Source: Candidatus Dormiibacterota bacterium (GTDB lineage: Bacteria > Chloroflexota > Dormibacteria > Aeolococcales > Aeolococcaceae). From it: a DNA stretch of 53,106 bases. Below, one piece after another: positions 42,534-51,075 of the stretch (position 1 is its first letter; the number at the start of each line of letters is the position of its first letter). Under the pieces are notes generated by a model that worked only from the letters and a program-made list of their open reading frames with translations, was not told where the DNA came from and did not search any database. The translations under genes and the position numbers were made by a program. The stretch covers positions 1-53,106 of the forward strand of contig DATDHG010000252.1 of the NCBI GenBank assembly GCA_036521675.1, given 5' to 3'.

Positions 42534-43133
42534 CTAGCTGACCCCGGTAGGCCCGTCGACCAGCTCCGTGCGCGGCAGCCACGTCAGCTTGCCCGCGCCG
42601 GCGAGCTCGTTCACCGCGGGCACCGGGTCGGGATCCTTGAAGGCGGCCCGGTCGCCCTCCTCGCGCGCGGTCGCGTCGGCCAGCCAGTAGGAGGCCTCCA
42701 GGGCGATGCCGTTGGGGTCGGTGAAGTAGATCGAGTGGATGAACCCGTGGTCGATCTCCTCGGTCACCGCCACGCCGGCGTCCCGCAGGCGGTCCTGGAG
42801 CGCCATGAGCGCGGTGTGGTCGGGGAGGTTGAAGGACAGGTGGTCGAACTGCATGGTCTGCTTGACCGGCCAGCCCGCCGGTTTGGCGTAGGTGCCGGCC
42901 CCCTTCCACTCGAAGAAGGCGACGGTGTTGCCGGGGGCGATCTCGAAGAAGTAATGGCGCAGGGGCCCGGCCATCAGCGTGGCGACGAGGCGCATCCCCA
43001 GCACGCCGTGGTAGAAGCGCACGGTCGCGTCCATGTCGGGCGTGACCAGCGCCAGGTGATTGACGCCGCGCCAGGCAGGCCTGGGCTGCGACTGCACATC
43101 CGCGGCGGTGCGCGGGCTTTCGCCGACGGTCAT
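42534..43133 (-). CDS. VOC/glyoxalase-bleomycin resistance-dioxygenase family protein
   Basis: ATG 43133 with GGAGGGG upstream. VNHLALVTPDMDATVRFYHGVLGM...FDHLSFNL...HSIYFTDPNGIALE. Confidence 0.8.
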   Translation of the reverse strand: MTVGESPRTAADVQSQPRPAWRGVNHLALVTPDMDATVRFYHGVLGMRLVATLMAGPLRHYFFEIAPGNTVAFFEWKGAGTYAKPAGWPVKQTMQFDHLSFNLPDHTALMALQDRLRDAGVAVTEEIDHGFIHSIYFTDPNGIALEASYWLADATAREEGDRAAFKDPDPVPAVNELAGAGKLTWLPRTELVDGPTGVS

Positions 43134-43234
43134 GGCGGCCCCTCCATGGACTGGCTTGGACAGCGCCGAGTGTACGCCCGGCGCGTCGAGTTCGAGCGAG
43201 CCTCGCTCTCCAGAGCGGTCGCGCCGGCGCCGGC

Positions 43235-44209
43235 TCAGCGGGCCGCCGCGACCAGCTCCTGCAACCCCGTGCGCAGGTCGCGGGGGGCGTAGCCGAGCTC
43301 CTCGCGCGCGCGCCGATCCGACGCCCAGTAGGTCACGCCGTCGGCCGCCTTGACCAGCTCGCGCAGGTTGGGCTCGGTGTCCATGACCCGCGCCAGCACC
43401 GGCCCGAACGGGATCCCCGCCTTCACGGCCCACCCCGGCATCGTGAGCCGTGGCGGCTTCTTCCCGGCCAGCTCGGCCGCAGTCCCGACCACCCGCTTGA
43501 GCGTGGTGACCTCGCCGCCGAGGATGTAGGTGCGCCCCAACGCGCCCTTGTCGAGGGCCAGCACGATGCCGGCCGCGACGTCCTCGACGTGGACCATCAC
43601 CATCCCGGTGGAGCCGAAGGCGAGGAAGGGCAGCTTGCCCTGGCGCGCCTTGTCGATCTGACTGCCGATGTCGGAGTGATCCCCCGGTCCATAGACCCCG
43701 CCGGGCTGGACGATGATGATCGGCGCGCCCCTGGCGATGCGTTCCTCGGCGGCCACGTGCGCCAGGTACTTGGTCTGGTCGTAGCAGGAGAGGAAGCCCG
43801 CGGCGAGGTCGCGGTGGTAGGCCTCGTCGACCACCCGCCCGTGGGTGTTGCCGAAGACGTTGACGGTGGAGACGTACACGATGCGCGGCACCCCCGCCTC
43901 GATGGCGGCGTCCAGCACCCGCTCGGTGCCGGCGACGTTGATGGTGTGGACCCGCTCGCGCTCCGCCTTGGGGATGCCCACCCGGAAGACGGCGGCGCCG
44001 TGAATGACCGCATCCGCGCCCTCGACCCCGCGGCGCAGCGCGCCGGCGTCGTCGAGGTCACCCTCGAGCAGCGTCGCCCCCAGCCCCTCGAGCCCCGCGG
44101 CCGCCGCCGGCCGGCGCACCAGGGCCACCACGTCCTCGAGACGCTCGCGGAGCCGGCGCACGACCACGCCGCCGATGAACCCGGTGCCGCCGGTGACGAA
44201 GATGCGCAT
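43235..44209 (-). CDS. NAD-dependent epimerase/dehydratase (extended SDR)
   Basis: MRIFVTGGTGFIGG Rossmann motif and catalytic YDQTK. ATG 44209 has AGGAGG upstream. Confidence 0.85.
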   Translation of the reverse strand: MRIFVTGGTGFIGGVVVRRLRERLEDVVALVRRPAAAAGLEGLGATLLEGDLDDAGALRRGVEGADAVIHGAAVFRVGIPKAERERVHTINVAGTERVLDAAIEAGVPRIVYVSTVNVFGNTHGRVVDEAYHRDLAAGFLSCYDQTKYLAHVAAEERIARGAPIIIVQPGGVYGPGDHSDIGSQIDKARQGKLPFLAFGSTGMVMVHVEDVAAGIVLALDKGALGRTYILGGEVTTLKRVVGTAAELAGKKPPRLTMPGWAVKAGIPFGPVLARVMDTEPNLRELVKAADGVTYWASDRRAREELGYAPRDLRTGLQELVAAAR

Positions 44210-44255
44210 CAGCCGCCTCCTGCCTGGCGCTCCGAGCGCCTTGGTCGCGGCCAGG

Positions 44256-45896
44256 ATGGTAGTCGGCGATGATCCACTGGTGACCGCCCAGGCCCCCGGC
44301 GCCGAGGTCGCCCAGGCCACCGAGCCTGCGGGTCCGCATCTCGCCGCCGTCCCTGCCGCGGTGCCGCTGGCGCTGCTCAGCGTGGTGGTGCTCTGCGCGG
44401 GCGCGGGCGCGCTGGCGACGGAGATCTCCGCCTCGCGGCTGCTCGCCCCGTACTTCGGCAACTCCACAGTGGTCTGGGCGAACGTCATCGGCCTGATCCT
44501 CATCTACCTGAGCGTCGGTTACTGGATCGGCGGCCGCGTCGCCGACCGCCACGCATCCGCCGCGGCCCTGGGTCGCATCCTGCTGGTCGCGGCGGGAGCG
44601 ATCGCGGTGTTGCCGCTGGTCGCCCACCCCATCCTTCGTGTCGCGCTCGACGGCTTCGATCGCATCCAGGTGGGCGCCATCGTGGGCTCGTTCTTCGCCA
44701 CGCTGGCGCTCTTCAGCCTCCCGGTCACCCTGCTCGGCATGGTCTCGCCCTTCGCCCTGCGACTGGGCCTGACCCGCGTCGACAACGCGGGCGCCGTCAG
44801 CGGCCGGCTCTCCTCGTTGACCACCGTCGGGGCGATCGCCGGCACCTTCCTGCCGGCCCTGGTCCTCATCCCCGCCATCGGCACGCAGCGCACCATGATC
44901 GTGGCGGCTCTGGTGGTGGCCCTGGCGGCCACGTTGCTGCTGGGCCGGCGCTGGCTCCTGGCCCCGCTACTCATCGCCGCCATGCTGCTGCTGCCCCCGG
45001 GCGCGATCAAGCCGCAGACGGGCGTCATCGTCGAGCAGGAAACCCAGTACCAGTACGCGCAGATCGCGCGCACCCCCGACGGCAAGATCGTCATGCGCCT
45101 CGATGACGGGGTCGCCGATCAGTCGGTCTACCGCCCCGGTGCCACGCTGACCGGCGGGGAGTGGGACATGCCGCTGGTGGTCCCGCCGCTGCTCGACCGG
45201 CCACTGCGCACTGCGCTGATCATCGGCAACGCGGGCGGCACCACCGCGCGCGGCCTGGCTGCCTCGTACCCGGGCGTGCGCATCGACGGCGTGGAGCTTG
45301 ATCCGCAGCTCACCCAGTTGGCACGGCAGTACATGGGCATGAACGACATCCCCGGCCTGCGGGTCATCACCGCCGACGGGCGCACCTATCTGCAGACCAC
45401 CAACGAGCGCTACGACCTCATCGTGGTCGACGCCTACCGCCAGGCTTACATCCCCTTTCAGCTGGTCACGCAGGAGTTCTTCAAGCTGATGCGCGACCAT
45501 CTCGAGCCCGGCGGCGCCGTCGTGCTCAACGTCGCCCGCGTGCCCGGCGACGACCGCCTCCCGCGGGCGGTCAGCGGGACGCTCGCCACGGTGTTCCCCG
45601 CCGTGTACACATGGCACGCGCTGCATTTCAACGACTGTGTCATCGGCTTCGACCACCCGCTCTCCAGCGCCGCGCTGGCGGTTCGCGTGGGCGCCGTGCC
45701 GCCCGCTTTGCAGTCACTGGTCGCGCTGGTGCGCGCCGAGACGGAAGCCATCACCCCGTCCGCCAGCCCGATGACCGACGACCGCGCCCCGGTGGAATGG
45801 CTCACCGACAGGGCCGTCATCGAGCACGTGGTCCAGGGTGGCCGCTTCGACGAGCAGCTCCTGCCCACCCGGCCAACGCCCACGCCGCCGCGCTGA
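44256..45896 (+). CDS. Fused polytopic membrane domain / spermidine-synthase-like methyltransferase-fold protein
   Basis: The N-terminal ~230 aa have 7-8 TM segments. The C-terminal part has ALIIGNAGGTTARGL, VELDP, DGRTYL and YDLIVVDAY, typical of the aminopropyltransferase fold. Confidence 0.8.
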   Translation: MVVGDDPLVTAQAPGAEVAQATEPAGPHLAAVPAAVPLALLSVVVLCAGAGALATEISASRLLAPYFGNSTVVWANVIGLILIYLSVGYWIGGRVADRHASAAALGRILLVAAGAIAVLPLVAHPILRVALDGFDRIQVGAIVGSFFATLALFSLPVTLLGMVSPFALRLGLTRVDNAGAVSGRLSSLTTVGAIAGTFLPALVLIPAIGTQRTMIVAALVVALAATLLLGRRWLLAPLLIAAMLLLPPGAIKPQTGVIVEQETQYQYAQIARTPDGKIVMRLDDGVADQSVYRPGATLTGGEWDMPLVVPPLLDRPLRTALIIGNAGGTTARGLAASYPGVRIDGVELDPQLTQLARQYMGMNDIPGLRVITADGRTYLQTTNERYDLIVVDAYRQAYIPFQLVTQEFFKLMRDHLEPGGAVVLNVARVPGDDRLPRAVSGTLATVFPAVYTWHALHFNDCVIGFDHPLSSAALAVRVGAVPPALQSLVALVRAETEAITPSASPMTDDRAPVEWLTDRAVIEHVVQGGRFDEQLLPTRPTPTPPR

Positions 45897-45921
45897 GCGG
45901 CCGCCCATACTTGGCGCGATC

Positions 45922-46296
45922 ATGGAGGAGCGCGGACGCGGTGGCGGCGAGGGCGTGCGTACACGCGATCACCTGGCCAACGTGCGCACGCTGCTCGCCT
46001 GGAACCGTACCGGCCTGGCCCTGCTCGTGCTGGCGGTGGTTGTCGACAAGCTGCAGGCCCTGGTGCGAGGCGGCCATGTCGTGAGCGTCGGCTCGACAGG
46101 CGCGGACCGACCCGCGGCGACGCTCCTCGCAGTTCTCGGCGTGGCTGTCTGCGGCGGCAGCTTCCTGCGCTTCGAGCTGGCCCGCCACGCCATCGAGCGA
46201 GGCGTCTTCCGGCCCCGCGTCGCGCCGGACCTGGTGTTGCTCGGGCTGGTGGCCGTCGCCACTGTGGTCCTGACCGTGGCCGTGGTGCACGTGTGA
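45922..46296 (+). CDS. DUF202 (YidH-family) membrane protein
   Basis: RDHLANVRTLLAWNRTGLALL motif plus 3 TM segments. Confidence 0.75.
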   Translation: MEERGRGGGEGVRTRDHLANVRTLLAWNRTGLALLVLAVVVDKLQALVRGGHVVSVGSTGADRPAATLLAVLGVAVCGGSFLRFELARHAIERGVFRPRVAPDLVLLGLVAVATVVLTVAVVHV

Positions 46297-46305
46297 GCCA
46301 GGACC

Positions 46306-46671
46306 GTGGCTGATCGCGATGGCCTCGCCGACCGCCGCGCGCGCGAGCACCTCGCCAACGAGCGCACCCTGCTGGCCTGGACCCGCACCACGCTGGCGCT
46401 GATCGGCCTGGGTTTCGTCGTCTCGCGCTTCGGGATCTTCCTGCGGGAGGTGCAGGGAACCGGCTCGAAGACCGCCTCGACGGTGCTGGGCATCCTGCTC
46501 ATCGTCGCCGGCCTGATCGCCGGGGTGGCCAGCGTGCTGCGGTTCTTCCGCGCCCGCGCGCAGATCGAGGCCGGCGAGTACGACGCCGAGGTCTGGCCCG
46601 AGCTGCTGCTGGTGGGCATGACTGTGGTACTGGGGATCGCGCTGGCCATCTACCTCGGCGTGACCGGCTGA
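46306..46671 (+). CDS. DUF202 (YidH-family) membrane protein, tandem paralogue
   Basis: REHLANERTLLAWTRTTLALIGLG motif plus 3 TM segments. Confidence 0.75.
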   Translation: MADRDGLADRRAREHLANERTLLAWTRTTLALIGLGFVVSRFGIFLREVQGTGSKTASTVLGILLIVAGLIAGVASVLRFFRARAQIEAGEYDAEVWPELLLVGMTVVLGIALAIYLGVTG

Positions 46672-46749
46672 AGCGACGGGCTACCATCGGGCGCTGTGGC
46701 GACGCGCGTCTCGGCCTCCGCCCGGAGACGTCCCGCGAGGACGGACGAA

Positions 46750-47628
46750 ATGAGGTTCATCGAGCCGGGCTCGTTCCTCATGGGCTCGGCACGCCACTAC
46801 CCCGAGGAGGCGCCGGTCCACCGCGTCGAGGTGGACGGCTTCTGGATCGACGTCCATCCGGTCACGAACGCCGAGTTCGCAGCCTTCGTGGCGGCCACCG
46901 GCTACGTCACGCTGGCCGAACGGCCCCCCGACGCGGCCGACTACCCTGACGCCCTACAGGAGCTGCTGGTGCCGGGATCGGCCGTGTTCATCCCGCCGCC
47001 GGGGCCGGTCGACCTGCGCGTGGTCACCTGGTGGGCGTACGTCCCGGGGGCGTCGTGGCGCCATCCCCCGGGGCCGCACAGCGACCTCGATGGCCGCGAC
47101 AATCACCCGGTCGTCCAGGTCGCGTATGAGGACGCGCAGGCGTACGCGGTATGGGCCGGCAAACAGCTGCCCACCGAGGCCCAATGGGAGTTCGCCGCGC
47201 GCGGCGGCCTGGAGGGCGCCGCCTATGCGTGGGGGAACGAGCCGGCCCCCGGCGGCCGGCCCATGGCCAACACCTGGCAGGGGGAGTTCCCGTGGCAGAA
47301 CCTGGGGCTCGACGGCTATGAGGGCACCTCCCCGGTGGGTGAGTTTCCTGCCAACGGGTACGGGCTCCACGACATGACGGGCAACGTGTGGGAGTGGACC
47401 AGCGACGACTTCCGCGCGCAAGGCGCCCTTGCCCCGCAGGCGCCGTGCTGCGCCCCGGTCGCGAGCGCCCCTCCCCGATCCCAGCGGGTGAAGGTGCTCA
47501 AGGGCGGCTCCCATCTGTGCGCCCCCAACTACTGCCTGCGGTATCGACCGGCGGCGCGCTATCCGGAGCCGGCCGACACCTCCACGTCGCACATCGGCTT
47601 CCGTTGCGTGGTCGATCAGCGCGGCTGA
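46750..47628 (+). CDS. Formylglycine-generating enzyme (FGE/SUMF1)-family protein
   Basis: FLMGS, HPVTNAEFAAFV, HPVVQVAYEDAQAYAVWAGKQLPTEAQWEFAARGG, GNVWEWTSD, GGSHLCAPNYCLRYRPAAR. ATG 46750 has GAGGA upstream; GTG 46696 is the alternative start. Confidence 0.85.
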   Translation: MRFIEPGSFLMGSARHYPEEAPVHRVEVDGFWIDVHPVTNAEFAAFVAATGYVTLAERPPDAADYPDALQELLVPGSAVFIPPPGPVDLRVVTWWAYVPGASWRHPPGPHSDLDGRDNHPVVQVAYEDAQAYAVWAGKQLPTEAQWEFAARGGLEGAAYAWGNEPAPGGRPMANTWQGEFPWQNLGLDGYEGTSPVGEFPANGYGLHDMTGNVWEWTSDDFRAQGALAPQAPCCAPVASAPPRSQRVKVLKGGSHLCAPNYCLRYRPAARYPEPADTSTSHIGFRCVVDQRG

Positions 47629-47678
47629 TGGACGCGGGCGGAGATTGCCTCCTCGTGACGAAGTTGGCATGAACCGGC

Positions 47679-47705
47679 GGGGCCGGCCTCCTCAGGGTCG
47701 GCCCC
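47679..47705. terminator. GC-rich hairpin between convergent FGE-family and GH15 genes (candidate bidirectional terminator)
   Basis: GGGGCCG (47679-47685) pairs with CGGCCCC (47699-47705); 13-nt loop. Confidence 0.4.
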
Positions 47706-49603
47706 TACGCGAACTCCGCCAATCGCTCGGAGACGATTATCCGCGCCGCCGCCTCGATCATCGCGAGGTGCGAGAATGCCTGCGGGAAGTTGCCGAGGTG
47801 GCGGCCGGTGGCGACATCGAACTCCTCTGCGTAGAGTCCCAACGGCGAGGCAATGCGCAGGAGTCGCTCCATCATGTCGCGTGCCTGCTGCATCTCGCCG
47901 ACGCTGGCAAGAGCGGATACCAGCCAGAACGAGCAGATGAGGAAGGTCCCTTCCTTGCCTGACATCCCGTCGTCGGTCTCGTCCGTTCGGTAGCGCAGGA
48001 CGAAGCCGTCCTCGGTGAGGTCTTTCGCGATCGCATCCACTGTGCTGCGCAGGCGTTCGTCATCTTTGTGGAGGAACCCGAAGATCGCTGCCAGCAAGGT
48101 GGAGGCGTCGAGCGCGTCGGTGTCGTAATGCTGACGCAGGACCCCGCGGTCGCTGACCCCGTGAGCGAGTATGTCGTCGCGGATCTCGGCTGCGGTCGCA
48201 CTCCAGGTCGCCTGCAGCTGGGGATCACCGCGGATCTCGGCCAGCTTCGCCGCGCGGTCGAGCGCGACCCAGCACATCAGCTTGGACGAGACATAGTGCT
48301 GGGGCTTGCCGCGTGCTTCCCAGATGCCCTGGTCGGGCTCCCGCCAGACGCGGGTGGCGCACTCGGCCTGGGAGTGGACGACCGGCCACAGCTGGCGGGG
48401 CAGCCGCTTGCTCCGGCGGGTGTGCAGGAGGATCGAGTCCAGGACCGAGCCATAGACGTCGTTCTGCCGCTGGTTGTAGGCACCGTTGCCGATCCGCACG
48501 GGTCGGGCCCCCGCATAGCCGGTGAGCTCGTCCAGGGTCGTCTCGGTCAGGTCGCGCCGGCCGTCGATCCCGTACATGATCTGCAGGCTGCCGTCGTCGT
48601 TCGGCTCGATGTCCGCGACGAACTGCATGAACTCGGCGGCCTCCAAGTCCAGGTTCAGATAGTGCAGCGCCTGGAGGGTGAAGGTGCAGTCGCGCATCCA
48701 CGTGTACCGATAGTCCCAGTTGCGCTCACCACCCGGGGTTTCCGGAAGGGACGTTGTCAGCGCCGCGACCGTCGCACCCGTCGGCATGTAGGTGAGGCCC
48801 TTGATGGCCAGGGCGGAGCGCAGGATCGCGGGCCGCCACGGGTGGTCCACGAGCCGGGCCCGTCTCAGCCAGTCGCGCCAGAAGCGCGCGGTCACGTGCA
48901 GGCGCTCGCTCGCCTCGTCGACGTCGCTCGGCACGACCAACCCCTCGGCCCAGGACAGCGCGCAGTAGATGCGCTCGCCCGCCGAGAGCGTGTGCCGGGC
49001 ACGGACTCGACCCCCCTCCACTCCCAAAGCCATGTCGGTCTGCAGCCTGATCGCCACGCCCCCGCCGCTCGCGTCGGCTGTGTGGCGGTTCCCGCCCGCC
49101 AGCGTCCACTCGGCCGCGGCGCGTCCGTAGTCGAAGACCGGCTCGCAGACGAGCTCGATATCCACCTCACCCTCGACGCCCTCGACGGTCCGCACCAGCA
49201 TGTGGTCGGCGTCGGCATCGGCCGGGGGGCGCGTGTGCGGCGTGATCGTGTCCTCTGCGCCCGCCGGGCCCATCGTCAGCGCATCGCGGACCAGGACGTA
49301 TCCGGTCTGCGTGTGCCAGGTGGTCACCAGCGTGTTGGTCCCGGGCTCGTAGGCCCGCGCCATCGGGGTGTCGACCCCGAACGGCCCCAGTCGGAACAGA
49401 CCGGCTTCGCGGTCGAGGATGCTGCCGAAAACGCTCGGCGCGTCGAAGGCGGGGACGCACAGCCAGCCGATCCCGCCGTCGGGTGCGACGAGCGCTCCGG
49501 TGTGGCAGTTGGAGAGAAACGCGTAGTCCGCGATCGGCGGAAAGGGCGAAAGGGCGGCTGCGCTCTGCTCCCGAGGCTGCTGAGAAACGGTGGTGGCGCT
49601 CAT
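47705..49603 (-). CDS. Glycoside hydrolase family 15 protein (glucoamylase/trehalase-like)
   Basis: ATG 49603 (MSATTVSQQ...). IADYAFLSNCHTGALV, NWDYRYTWMRDCTF, and the C-terminal (alpha/alpha)6 region ending FSHLAMIEAA. Confidence 0.9.
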   Translation of the reverse strand: MSATTVSQQPREQSAAALSPFPPIADYAFLSNCHTGALVAPDGGIGWLCVPAFDAPSVFGSILDREAGLFRLGPFGVDTPMARAYEPGTNTLVTTWHTQTGYVLVRDALTMGPAGAEDTITPHTRPPADADADHMLVRTVEGVEGEVDIELVCEPVFDYGRAAAEWTLAGGNRHTADASGGGVAIRLQTDMALGVEGGRVRARHTLSAGERIYCALSWAEGLVVPSDVDEASERLHVTARFWRDWLRRARLVDHPWRPAILRSALAIKGLTYMPTGATVAALTTSLPETPGGERNWDYRYTWMRDCTFTLQALHYLNLDLEAAEFMQFVADIEPNDDGSLQIMYGIDGRRDLTETTLDELTGYAGARPVRIGNGAYNQRQNDVYGSVLDSILLHTRRSKRLPRQLWPVVHSQAECATRVWREPDQGIWEARGKPQHYVSSKLMCWVALDRAAKLAEIRGDPQLQATWSATAAEIRDDILAHGVSDRGVLRQHYDTDALDASTLLAAIFGFLHKDDERLRSTVDAIAKDLTEDGFVLRYRTDETDDGMSGKEGTFLICSFWLVSALASVGEMQQARDMMERLLRIASPLGLYAEEFDVATGRHLGNFPQAFSHLAMIEAAARIIVSERLAEFA

Positions 49604-51051
49604 GACTCGACCCATGGCCGGTGCCAGCCCCCGTAGTGAGCAACGAGTTTGTCGGAGGCCTGCGGCCCCCACGATCCCGGGGCATAGGGGTGGACGGGTG
49701 GCGGCCCGTCGAGCAGCGGTTGCATGATCCGCCACGTCTCCTCGACGCCGTCCTGACGCGTGAAGCGCCGGCTGTCGCCGAGCATCGCCGCTCGCAGCAG
49801 CACCTCGTATGGGGTCGCTCCCTCCCCCCCCTCCTTCGCGAACTCCGCGTCGAGCGTGATGGGCTCCGGCCCGACCGCATCGGCGCGGCGCGCATCGACG
49901 CGCAGCCTGACCCCCGTGGACGGGTCGAGTTTCACCACGAACTGGTCCGGCTCCGGGCGGCGGTCACCCGGGAACGAGAAGCCAAGTTTCGGCGGATGCT
50001 TGAACACGAGCCGCACCTCGGTCTGGGTCGCCGGGAGTCGCTTCCCCGTGCGGATGAAGAACGGCACCCCCGACCAGCGCCAGTTGTCGATGTCGAGGCG
50101 CAGTGCGGCGTACGTCTCCGTCGTCGATCCCGGGGCGACGCCGTCGATGGCCAGGTAGCCCTCGTACTGCCCGCGGATGTACTGCGTGGGGTCGGCGTCG
50201 GCGATGGCCCGGTACGCGCTCACCTGTGCGTCCTTGAGCGTCTGGGGATCACCGCTGGAGGGCGCCTCCATCGCGGTCGCCGAGACGACCTGCATGATGT
50301 GATTGACGACGACGTCGCGCAGCGCTCCGACCGGGTCGTAGAAATGGCCCCGGTCCTCGACGCCGAAGTCCTCAGCCATCGTGATCTGGACGCAGTCCAG
50401 GTAGTTCCGGTTCCAGACCGGCTCGAGCATCGTGTTCGCGAACCGCAGGTAGAGCAGCTCCTCGATCCCCATCTTTCCGAGGAAGTGGTCGATGCGATAC
50501 AGCTGCGACTCGTCGATGTACTGATGCAGCTCTGCGGCCAGCGCTCGGGCCGACTGTAGGTCGTGCCCGAACGGCTTCTCGACCACGACCCGTGCCGTCC
50601 GGGTCAGACCCGCCTCGGACAGCCGCTTGACGACCGTGCCGAACAGGAACGGCGGGATCTCGAGGTAGAACACTGGACTGTTGGCTCCCTGGATCGCCTT
50701 GCCGACGCGCTCGTATGTCGCCGAGTCCGAGAAGTCGCCGTTGACATAGGACAGGCGGCCGGCGAAGCGGTTGAACACCGTGGGATCGATGGTCTCGCCG
50801 GTTCCCTCGATCGCCGTTCGAGCATGCTCGCGAAGGTGATCGACCGTCCAGTCGTTGACGGCCACGCCCACGATCGGGCACTCCAGAAGCCCACGCTGCT
50901 CGAGCCGGTAGAGGGAGCGGAAGGTCATCACCTTGGCCAGGTCCCCCGTGATTCCGAAGACAACGAACACGTCGGCGGGCCGTGGCCCGTGCGCGTCCGC
51001 GGGCGCGGTCGCCGGGCGCGTCCCCAGAGCCGCTCCTGTCATGGTTGTCAT
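49600..51051 (-). CDS. zwf: Glucose-6-phosphate 1-dehydrogenase
   Basis: VFGITGDLA, EKPFGHDLQSA, YRIDHFLGK. AAGGAGA lies upstream of ATG 51051. Confidence 0.95.
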   Translation of the reverse strand: MTTMTGAALGTRPATAPADAHGPRPADVFVVFGITGDLAKVMTFRSLYRLEQRGLLECPIVGVAVNDWTVDHLREHARTAIEGTGETIDPTVFNRFAGRLSYVNGDFSDSATYERVGKAIQGANSPVFYLEIPPFLFGTVVKRLSEAGLTRTARVVVEKPFGHDLQSARALAAELHQYIDESQLYRIDHFLGKMGIEELLYLRFANTMLEPVWNRNYLDCVQITMAEDFGVEDRGHFYDPVGALRDVVVNHIMQVVSATAMEAPSSGDPQTLKDAQVSAYRAIADADPTQYIRGQYEGYLAIDGVAPGSTTETYAALRLDIDNWRWSGVPFFIRTGKRLPATQTEVRLVFKHPPKLGFSFPGDRRPEPDQFVVKLDPSTGVRLRVDARRADAVGPEPITLDAEFAKEGGEGATPYEVLLRAAMLGDSRRFTRQDGVEETWRIMQPLLDGPPPVHPYAPGSWGPQASDKLVAHYGGWHRPWVES

Positions 51052-51075
51052 ACCTGTCTCCTTGTTGGTATGCGT

